Shown one piece after another: positions 41,658-48,928 of a stretch of 64,000 nucleotides of DNA (positions within the stretch are counted from its first letter, which is position 1; every line of letters begins with the position of its first letter). This stretch comes from Myxococcales bacterium (GTDB lineage: Bacteria > Myxococcota > Myxococcia > Myxococcales > UBA5297), in the NCBI GenBank assembly GCA_050288705.1, contig JBNKEI010000033.1, positions 18,407 through 82,406 of the forward strand. Reading direction: 5' to 3'. A program made the translations under genes and the position numbers. The notes under the pieces are model-generated. The model saw only the letters and a list, made by a program, of their open reading frames with translations, had not been told where the DNA came from and searched no databases.

Positions 41658-42614
41658 ATGCGCAAAGCTTTTGACGCCAATGTCTCTCGTTCCAAACCTC
41701 GGCTGAGAATGGGAACTGTAATCTCTACTGCTGAACCTTCTCGATCACCAGAGCCAGAGGAGTTCCTTGAAGAAGAGGAAATGTCTGCCGAGCAAGACGA
41801 TTCTGGCGAGGCGTCCGATTCGCTATCGTCCCAGCAATCGATCGAGGATGAGGAGGACTTCGACCAAGAAGAAGATGATTCTTTGTCTGAAAGCGCGCAG
41901 TCAGCCACAGTCTTAGCGGAAACAGGCGCCACCGAAATTGCCCTCGACCCGCAAGAGCGCCGTGAACGACTGCGCGAACGGCTTAAGGCAGCGACTGCCA
42001 AAGTTCAGCCCACCGAACCGACTCCCCAAACCCCTGCGGAAGCGCGAAGCTCGGCTCTTGCTCTGGTAGGACACTTGCGCCAGGAGCTGGAAAACGCTCA
42101 CCAGCTCAATACTTCACTAGCCAAAGATTTGGAACAAGCGCGAAGCGATCTGGGTCGAGCTGCCGAAGAAGCACGCATGCGCACTGCGGAAGCTACCCGC
42201 ATGACCAACGAGGTTAATGAGCGCGCTACGCTCATGGAGGAACTAGGAAAAGAAATGGCCAGCCTAGAAACCGAAAGAGACGATGCTTTGGTGGAGTTGC
42301 GAGCCGTTCGCGCAGAAGTAGAAAAGGAAACCGCACTGCGCAAGGAACTGGAAAAGAAACTTGCTGAACGCGACGCAGAATTGGCGGAAACTCTAACTGA
42401 AGAAGAGCGATTAGCAACCGAACTAGAAGCACGCAATATTGAGCTGCGAAGATGCCAACTATCCCTAGATACCCTTTCGGAAGAAAGAGACCGCCTGGCC
42501 AAACAAGTTGCTGAAATTACCAAGGAACGGTCAGACCTACTCGATTCCCAAAAAGCTTTAGACGAAATTCATCGGGCTTTAGCAGAAGCTCGCGCTCGTT
42601 TTGGCTCTCGCTGA
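41658..42614 (+). CDS. pomX: PomX-like protein: basic N-terminal peptide, acidic tract, long C-terminal coiled coil
   Basis: The ATG at 41658 is preceded by a GGAGGA SD; the track start at 41646 is a TTG. N-terminus MRKAFDANVSRSKPRLR, then an E/D/S-rich tract, then ~190 aa of heptad-rich sequence. Confidence 0.5.
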   Translation: MRKAFDANVSRSKPRLRMGTVISTAEPSRSPEPEEFLEEEEMSAEQDDSGEASDSLSSQQSIEDEEDFDQEEDDSLSESAQSATVLAETGATEIALDPQERRERLRERLKAATAKVQPTEPTPQTPAEARSSALALVGHLRQELENAHQLNTSLAKDLEQARSDLGRAAEEARMRTAEATRMTNEVNERATLMEELGKEMASLETERDDALVELRAVRAEVEKETALRKELEKKLAERDAELAETLTEEERLATELEARNIELRRCQLSLDTLSEERDRLAKQVAEITKERSDLLDSQKALDEIHRALAEARARFGSR

Positions 42615-42657
42615 TGATTTGCGCGCTTGACTTACTGGGGTGGAGACTTTCTTGCTT

Positions 42658-43779
42658 TTAACTATCTTTGCACTGCATAATTTCTTGGTAAGCCTTAAGC
42701 AACAATTGATTACGCCGCTCGGGAGCAAAATTAACCTTTGCCCGTTTTCGGGCATTTCCTCCCATGGCCAACCTTATTGCTTTGTTCTTTCCTAAAAGAA
42801 GCATGGCCTCGGCTAACTGCCGCGCATTTGGCTCTACCACCATTCCGTCTTTTTCTTCTCTGATTAGTTCCGCCATTGCCCCCCGATTGGCTACAATAAC
42901 CGGCTTGCCGCAGGCCATAGCTTCTAAAACCGCCCGACAAGTACCGTCGTTGCCTTCTGCCAGCCATATTTTTACGTCCAGTGCCCGATAAGAAGCCACC
43001 AAGTGGTCACCGGTTTGATACCCAACAAAATGTATTCGCTTTTCCAATGCCCATTGTTTTGACAACGTTCGTAACGGCGATTCGTATTCTCCCCTACCAA
43101 TGATTACCAAATGCGCCTGACTAAGTTCACCAGCAACGCGCGCAAATCCGCGAATGATTTGTTCGTGAAGACGTTCCACTTTAATACGGGAGATTATTCC
43201 AAAGATTAATGCTTGGTCATCAATTCCCCATTCGGCGCGTTTTGATTTCTCTTCACCAGGGCAGAACCTTTCCGCGTCTACTCTTCCCGGTAAAACATGA
43301 ATTCGTTGGGGTTCTATCCCGTGACATTCGTTTAATTGGCGCGCGTATTCCTGACAGGAAACTATTAGACCGTCTCCAGTACGCAATCCCCTTCCCCGAA
43401 ACCACCCCGGACGAATAGACCGAGCGATTTCTGCCGATCGCACTAAGGTAGGACGCAGTCGTAGCCCGAGCATAGCTAGCCAAGCTATAGTATGGTCGTG
43501 GGCGAACCGGCAATGCACCAGATCGGCTTGCCGTAAGCGGCTACGCAGCCTAATTACATCACGCACTATTTCTCTCAAGGTAGGCTTGGGGCAAAGAGTA
43601 AGCTCTTTCATTACCGGAAAGCCTGCTTGCTCAATTGCCGCCACATAGTTTCCAGGGCGCCGAGTATCACACCCAAACATGACTTCGTGACCTGCTTGCC
43701 TTAAGCCTTGAGCATCTTCTAGGCATAACTGGGCTGGTCCAGTCACGGAAGAAGTGGACAGCAACATCAGAATTTTCAC
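42658..43779 (-). CDS. Glycosyltransferase, GT4 (RfaG/WaaG-like) family
   Basis: 373 aa, GT-B fold pattern with a C-terminal EGNDGTCRAVLEAMACGKPVIV (E-x7-E-like) block. 4-nt overlap with the upstream hldC-like gene. Confidence 0.8.
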   Translation of the reverse strand: MKILMLLSTSSVTGPAQLCLEDAQGLRQAGHEVMFGCDTRRPGNYVAAIEQAGFPVMKELTLCPKPTLREIVRDVIRLRSRLRQADLVHCRFAHDHTIAWLAMLGLRLRPTLVRSAEIARSIRPGWFRGRGLRTGDGLIVSCQEYARQLNECHGIEPQRIHVLPGRVDAERFCPGEEKSKRAEWGIDDQALIFGIISRIKVERLHEQIIRGFARVAGELSQAHLVIIGRGEYESPLRTLSKQWALEKRIHFVGYQTGDHLVASYRALDVKIWLAEGNDGTCRAVLEAMACGKPVIVANRGAMAELIREEKDGMVVEPNARQLAEAMLLLGKNKAIRLAMGGNARKRAKVNFAPERRNQLLLKAYQEIMQCKDS

Positions 43780-44264
43780 TTACTTAGACCTTTTTCCCGA
43801 AGGCAGTCAATGATCGCAGTGGAAGAGTGATTTTTGGGGTCGCCAGCAATGGCTACTTGGCCACCGTATGCCAGAACCTCTTCTCGCTCGGGAATGCTTT
43901 CCTGGCAGTAATCAGTCCCTTTGACATGAAAATCAGGACGCAAGGCGCGCAATATTCTCCGAACGTTTGGTTCATCAAATAAAAGTACGTAGTCTACACA
44001 TGCCAGCGCCGCCACCAGTTCTGCCCTTTCCGCTTCGGGCACAATTGGCCGCCCTTCCCCTTTGTATGCGCGAGTAGAGGCATCACTGTTTATGGCCACC
44101 ACCAGAATATCCGCTATTGTTTTTGCTGCTTGCAGATAACGTAGGTGTCCTACGTGTAATAAATCGAATACTCCGTTAGCCAGTGCCAAAGTTTTTCCCT
44201 GCTTACGCGCTGCGCCAACCAAGTCTATCAGGGTCTCCAGTCGCCCGATCTTGTGCACACTCAT
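43776..44264 (-). CDS. hldC: D-beta-D-heptose 1-phosphate adenylyltransferase (RfaE domain II, stand-alone)
   Basis: Cytidylyltransferase-family signature NGVFDLLHVGHLRYLQ, 162 aa. Confidence 0.85.
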   Translation of the reverse strand: MSVHKIGRLETLIDLVGAARKQGKTLALANGVFDLLHVGHLRYLQAAKTIADILVVAINSDASTRAYKGEGRPIVPEAERAELVAALACVDYVLLFDEPNVRRILRALRPDFHVKGTDYCQESIPEREEVLAYGGQVAIAGDPKNHSSTAIIDCLREKGLSK

Positions 44265-44268
44265 GCCA

Positions 44269-45297
44269 TTACCCTAATTCTTCTTTTAATTCCTGATAGA
44301 ACACGGTGGCGGTGCCTGATTTGAGAACCTGCAACGCCCCAGCGATGTTTGCCAATTGCGCTGCGCTCGAAAGATCGGCGCCCGCAGAAAGAGCCAGAGC
44401 TAGGGTAGCCCCCACCGTATCTCCCGCACCAGTTACATCTACCGCTTCTTGATCGCCATGAGCGGGAATAAACTCAATTTCTCCATTCTCTACTACCGCC
44501 ATCCCGTAGCGCCCACGAGTAACCACCATTGATTGCCCGTTCATCCGCGATTGCACCACTTGGATAGCTTGTGTAAAACGCTCTTCAGTATCGGCGCGTA
44601 CTCCTGCCAACGCTGCCAATTCTGGCTCATTTGGCTTGAGTATGGTTGCTCCCGCAAATTCACCCAGTTGATACCGGCTATCCACGCAAACAGGAATTCC
44701 TTCTTTGGCAATGGTCAGTATTTCGGCAATCACTGGTTTTCCTAACACTCCCGAGCCATAATCAGAAATCAATATTGACTCAGCTTGGCGAGCATATTCG
44801 CGCACCATGGCTGCTAATTCGTTTTCTAGTGAGGCCGGATAGGCTCCTTCACACCCTCGATCCAAGCGCAACATTTGCTGCCGTCGAGTGTTATGTCCAC
44901 CGGCCAAAATGCGTGTTTTGGTCTCTGTAGGAAGTGAGGATTCAGGTGAAAGAAGTTCGATACCAGCTTCGCGACACGAACTGCGTAAATGGCCACCCAT
45001 TTCATCGTTACCAACATAGCCCAGAGCAGTCACTTGCGCGCCAAGGGCCTTCAAGTTGGCAGCCGCATTGCCCGCTCCACCAAGCTTTACCTCGGAGGAT
45101 TCGTAGCGAACAATCAGCACCGGGGCCTCCCGAGAAACCCTGTCCGATTCACCAAAAATGTAGTGATCGGCTACCAGATCGCCTATTACAAGAATTTTTC
45201 GGCCTTTAAACCCTTTTAGAAGAGTCTCTAGTCGATAGTCATCGTTTCTTGATTGAACTGTATGCACAAGAGAGATTAAAGGGGGCTTTGGGCTCAA
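44269..45297 (-). CDS. hldA: D-beta-D-heptose 7-phosphate kinase (RfaE domain I, PfkB family, stand-alone)
   Basis: PfkB/ribokinase pattern: LVIGDLVADHY, GGAGNAAANL, C-terminal DVTGAGDTV. The start is uncertain (TTG at 45297 or GTG at 45267). Confidence 0.85.
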   Translation of the reverse strand: MSPKPPLISLVHTVQSRNDDYRLETLLKGFKGRKILVIGDLVADHYIFGESDRVSREAPVLIVRYESSEVKLGGAGNAAANLKALGAQVTALGYVGNDEMGGHLRSSCREAGIELLSPESSLPTETKTRILAGGHNTRRQQMLRLDRGCEGAYPASLENELAAMVREYARQAESILISDYGSGVLGKPVIAEILTIAKEGIPVCVDSRYQLGEFAGATILKPNEPELAALAGVRADTEERFTQAIQVVQSRMNGQSMVVTRGRYGMAVVENGEIEFIPAHGDQEAVDVTGAGDTVGATLALALSAGADLSSAAQLANIAGALQVLKSGTATVFYQELKEELG

Positions 45298-45336
45298 GAG
45301 TCAACCACGCTCTTTCTTTAAGTTAGGTTTTTATCA

Positions 45337-46350
45337 ATGACTTCTCACCGATTTCTTTCTTGCCCCCCTTCACGCCTACCTGGCCCCAATGAGCCGTGCT
45401 GGTGTGGAAGTGGAAAAAAGTATAAACGCTGCCATTCTTCCCAGGATCAGGAATCTTCGCGAAAGCGTACTAAAGCCATTTTTAGACACAAGCCAGTACA
45501 GCCTGGAGTGGTAAGCCCACGAAGAAAAGTTCCTGAACATATCCCTATGCCTGATTACGCAAAAAGCGGTAGTCCTAGTGACTCTCCTGTCGACGAAAAA
45601 ATGTCGGGAGAGCGACTAGACCGCATGCGCCGCGCATGCAAAGCTGCCGCTATGGTGCTGCAAACAGTTGGCTCTCAAGTTTGTCCGGGAATATCTACCG
45701 ATGCGCTTGATGCCTATGCCCACCAGGAATACATCCGCTTGGGAGGGTACCCAAGCACTCTCAACTACCACGGATTCCCCAAATCAATTTGCACCTCGGT
45801 AAACGAAGTGATTTGCCACGGAATACCCGACAGCCGTCCTTTGGAAGAAGGCGATATTGTCAATCTGGATATCTCCATTTTTCTGGAAGGCATGCATGGC
45901 GATTGTTCGGCCACCTTTTTGGTCGGTCAAGTAGATGAAGAGTCTAAATGTTTAGCCCGAGTGACTAAAGAATGCATGATGCTCGGCATCGAGGCGATAA
46001 AACCCGGACGCCCTATTAAGGATATTGGTAGGGTTATTGAAGCGCACGCTTCTCGACATGGGTACGGCGTAGTACGCGCTTATTGTGGTCATGGAATTGG
46101 TGAGAAATTCCATACTTCCATCCAGATACCTCATCATCTCGATGAAACTGCTACTCAAAAAATGCTGCCTGGCATGGTCTTTACCGTAGAACCGATGATT
46201 ACCGCAGGCACCTGGGAATCGCGAGTTTGGAAAGACGGTTGGACAGCGGTCACTGCTGATGGGAAGCGGACTGCTCAGTTCGAACATACCGTCCTAGTTA
46301 CCGACCAAGGGGCGGAAATTCTGACTATTCCTTCCGGCTCCTCACCATAA
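45337..46350 (+). CDS. map: Methionine aminopeptidase type I with an N-terminal SEC-C zinc-binding motif and a eukaryote-like linker
   Basis: CWCGSGKKYKRCH SEC-C motif, a VSPRRKVPEHIPMPDYA linker, and a MetAP core (ICHGIP, DIVNLDIS, GHGIG, FTVEPM, QFEHTV). Confidence 0.92.
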   Translation: MTSHRFLSCPPSRLPGPNEPCWCGSGKKYKRCHSSQDQESSRKRTKAIFRHKPVQPGVVSPRRKVPEHIPMPDYAKSGSPSDSPVDEKMSGERLDRMRRACKAAAMVLQTVGSQVCPGISTDALDAYAHQEYIRLGGYPSTLNYHGFPKSICTSVNEVICHGIPDSRPLEEGDIVNLDISIFLEGMHGDCSATFLVGQVDEESKCLARVTKECMMLGIEAIKPGRPIKDIGRVIEAHASRHGYGVVRAYCGHGIGEKFHTSIQIPHHLDETATQKMLPGMVFTVEPMITAGTWESRVWKDGWTAVTADGKRTAQFEHTVLVTDQGAEILTIPSGSSP

Positions 46351-46413
46351 GCTTATTCAAAATAGCCAAATGCAAAACCCGCCGGCAAATGGGGTTTGGG
46401 ACGAGAGCCCCGA

Positions 46414-46776
46414 CTAGGGCGTGTCCCTATATCCGGCACCACGCACCCGGCACCACGCCCTCCGTCATTCCCGCGAAAGCGGGAATCCAGGGGGCGCCAC
46501 AGTCGAACGACCAGCTTGCATTCCGATCTGACCTTTGGTTTAGGCTTTGGATGGCGTTACGATTGTCGTTGGACGAGAGTAAGTAGTCTCAGATTCTTGG
46601 TTTCTTGAAATCGCGTCGTAGGCCAGGAAGGCTCTTTCGGAGACCGGAATTTCATGGAGGCGTTGGATGGGCTGACCTTTGGCCCCAAATCATCGATTGA
46701 CAAAGTCGTGCCCACTGGATTCCCGCTTTCGCGGGAATGACGGAGCGGCGATGTCGGATATAGGGGCATACCCTAG
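46414..46776. mobile_element. TIR-flanked GIY-YIG-associated element (copy 2, ORF-less derivative, inverted relative to copy 1)
   Basis: 46414-46490 resembles the reverse complement of 38865-38930. 46671-46776 is a near-identical reverse complement of 38471-38574, including the last 10 codons (ADLWPQIID*) of the GIY-YIG gene. Hairpin cores are at 46467-46486 and 46719-46738. Confidence 0.55.
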
Positions 46777-46877
46777 AGCGACGGCGAGCTTTGCTCGCCC
46801 AAAGCGGAAAAACTGGGGTTTTGCAATTGCCTCAAAAGATACTCCCCAACCATGCTTTAGAATGCCAACTTGTCCCC

Positions 46878-47915
46878 ATGAGCATTCCTCGGGCCCTCCA
46901 AATCACTGCCGCTATTCTAATTTTGGCGGGCCTGGTTTGGGGAGTAGTTAATGCGCCCTTTGCGCTGGGCCTGACTTATGGGTCGGCTATTTTGGCCATG
47001 GCCATTGACCGCGGAGTGCAATGTCTTGGCAGAAAGGGTGTACCTAGGACCGCGGGAATTGCTTTGCTACTTTCTATTATCCTTTTGCTGGTCGCCGGAA
47101 TTTTGGCCCTCGCCGGCCCCATCTTAATTTCTCAAATCCGTTACTTCATTGCATTCGTGCCTCAAGCCATCGACCGGCTTCAGGATACCCCCTGGTTCGA
47201 AAGAGTAGCCCGAGAAATTGATCTTGCTGACCAATTACAACGCTTGAAGCAGCAGATTCCTACCATTTTGACCCGCACCATAGATGCGGCGTTGGGTGCA
47301 GCGTTTCAGGTGCTTTCCTGGATTTTGTTTGCAGTAACCGTATTCTTTCTAACTGTTTTCATGTTGGTTTTTGGCCGTAAGTTTCTCCAAAGAGTTTTGG
47401 AGCAGTTGCTACCCCAAAGTAAGAAACGTTATCAACAAGTACTACATAATATCTATCGTAGTGTTGGTGGATACATATTTGGTTTGGGATTAGTAGTTTT
47501 GTTAAATGCTACTGCTACAACTACTTTCTTGGCGATAATGGGCATACCTCTTTTCTTGCTACTAGGGTTGTTGAGTGGGTTCTCTACAATCATTCCTATT
47601 GCAGGTCCTACTTTTACCGCACTAGTGGTTTCATTAATTGCTTTGACAGAAAGCGGTTGGCCCAAAGCACTGGGAGTCATTATATTTCTGGTCATTTACC
47701 AGCAATTTGAAAACCAAGTTATTGGTCCTTTGATTTACCGAAAAACCGCACGTATAAATCCTTTAGCTTTGGTAGTAGGGCTTTTATTTCTTTCTGAACT
47801 TTTTGGATTTGCAGGAGCGGTTCTTTCTGTTCCCACCATGGCGATTCTCCAGGTTCTTTATCTGGAGATAATCCATTCAATAAAGCCTGCAGTTTCTACC
47901 GACCAGTCGAATTAA
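46878..47915 (+). CDS. AI-2E family transporter (PerM/UPF0118)
   Basis: Polytopic membrane protein with the conserved C-terminal block PLLLLGLLSGFSTIIPIAGP...FENQVIGPLIYRK. The start at the ATG 46878 avoids reading through the repeat element. Confidence 0.85.
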   Translation: MSIPRALQITAAILILAGLVWGVVNAPFALGLTYGSAILAMAIDRGVQCLGRKGVPRTAGIALLLSIILLLVAGILALAGPILISQIRYFIAFVPQAIDRLQDTPWFERVAREIDLADQLQRLKQQIPTILTRTIDAALGAAFQVLSWILFAVTVFFLTVFMLVFGRKFLQRVLEQLLPQSKKRYQQVLHNIYRSVGGYIFGLGLVVLLNATATTTFLAIMGIPLFLLLGLLSGFSTIIPIAGPTFTALVVSLIALTESGWPKALGVIIFLVIYQQFENQVIGPLIYRKTARINPLALVVGLLFLSELFGFAGAVLSVPTMAILQVLYLEIIHSIKPAVSTDQSN

Positions 47916-48032
47916 TTGGCGGCCAACATCGCCGGGTAATTCTTGCCGATCAGAAAAACTTTCTCTGTCAATAAAATGAAAAGAAAGGCCCAATGTCAAT
48001 TGTTTGGCAGGTTGCTATCCTAATCCTGACCC

Positions 48033-48117
48033 TCTCTCTAGGGGAAATTAGAGAGATACTTCTTCCCAATGGGAACCTTACATTCCCTCTCCCTCTGGGA
48101 GAGGGTTAGGGTGAGGG
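48033..48117. repeat. Two REP-like hairpins in the transporter-flgD spacer
   Basis: TCTCTCTA-ggggaaat-TAGAGAGA (48033-48056) and CCCTCTC-cctctgg-GAGAGGG followed by TTAGGGTGAGGG (48085-48117). The second resembles a widespread bacterial palindromic repeat family. Only one copy lies in this window. Confidence 0.35.
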
Positions 48118-48188
48118 ATTCGGCCCAGGTTTTGAAAGGGTTTCGAATAGATTTGAATTCCAAGCCGACTTAAATTAGGGAGAACCCA

Positions 48189-48875
48189 ATGGCATTGTCT
48201 GCTCTTTCTTCGACTTCATCTAGCTCCGACATATCCAATGCCAGTGCGGCAATGGGCTCCAATAATCTTGGCAAAGACCAATTTGTTAAATTATTAATGG
48301 CCCAATTAAGCAATCAAGACCCCACTAATCCAGTGGACAATCAAGCTTTTGTTGCTCAATTAGCTCAATTTGCCACCTTAGAACAATTAGCATCGGCCAA
48401 TCGTTCCCTAGATTCTCTTCTAATAGCGCAGAACACCGCTAATCAGAACGCATTGGTCTCGTTAGTAGGAAAAGATGCTTTATTAAATAATGACCAGATT
48501 AACTTGGAAGGCACCGCAGAGGAACAATCAATTCTTGGCCAACTCTCTCTTCCCGCGGATGAAGTTGTTGCTACCATCACTGACAGCCAAGGAAAAACCG
48601 TGCGTACCCTCCGGGCAGGGCCTTTTGCGGCCGGCAATATACAAATGACTTGGGACGGCTTGGACGATCAAGGTACGCCCCTACCTCCTGGTGAATACCA
48701 CTCACAGTTAACCGGGTCCAAAAAGAAAGGTAACGAAGTAATCAATATACCAGTAAAGCAGCTCTACCGGCATCGAATCACCGGTATTTCATTTCTAGAG
48801 GGCCACCCGGAGCTAATGGTAGGCACTAGACGTATTCAACTATCTGATTTAGCGGAAGTGGTTCAGCCCAGCTAA
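48189..48875 (+). CDS. flgD: Flagellar hook assembly/capping protein FlgD
   Basis: GKDQFVKLLMAQLSNQDPTNPVDNQAFVAQLAQFATLEQL signature. Confidence 0.92.
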   Translation: MALSALSSTSSSSDISNASAAMGSNNLGKDQFVKLLMAQLSNQDPTNPVDNQAFVAQLAQFATLEQLASANRSLDSLLIAQNTANQNALVSLVGKDALLNNDQINLEGTAEEQSILGQLSLPADEVVATITDSQGKTVRTLRAGPFAAGNIQMTWDGLDDQGTPLPPGEYHSQLTGSKKKGNEVINIPVKQLYRHRITGISFLEGHPELMVGTRRIQLSDLAEVVQPS

Positions 48876-48928
48876 TTTCCATTTCCCCCAATACTTCTTC
48901 CCCTACTTCTCTTACGCAAGGAGCTACC

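Noticed and set aside
41405-42523. Ser/Arg-rich minus-strand ORFs (41405-42001, 42098-42523, 42232-42432) antisense to the PomX-like gene.
   Set aside because: These are the typical antisense read-through of GAA/GAG/GCN-rich coiled-coil codons. The sense frame has an SD-preceded ATG and a coherent heptad pattern.
38471-46776. The idea that the two inverted elements form a composite transposon carrying the Pom-like, LPS and map genes.
   Set aside because: There is no transposase, integrase or recombinase anywhere between or next to them, and the enclosed genes include housekeeping map. Only recombination-mediated inversion remains as a hypothesis.
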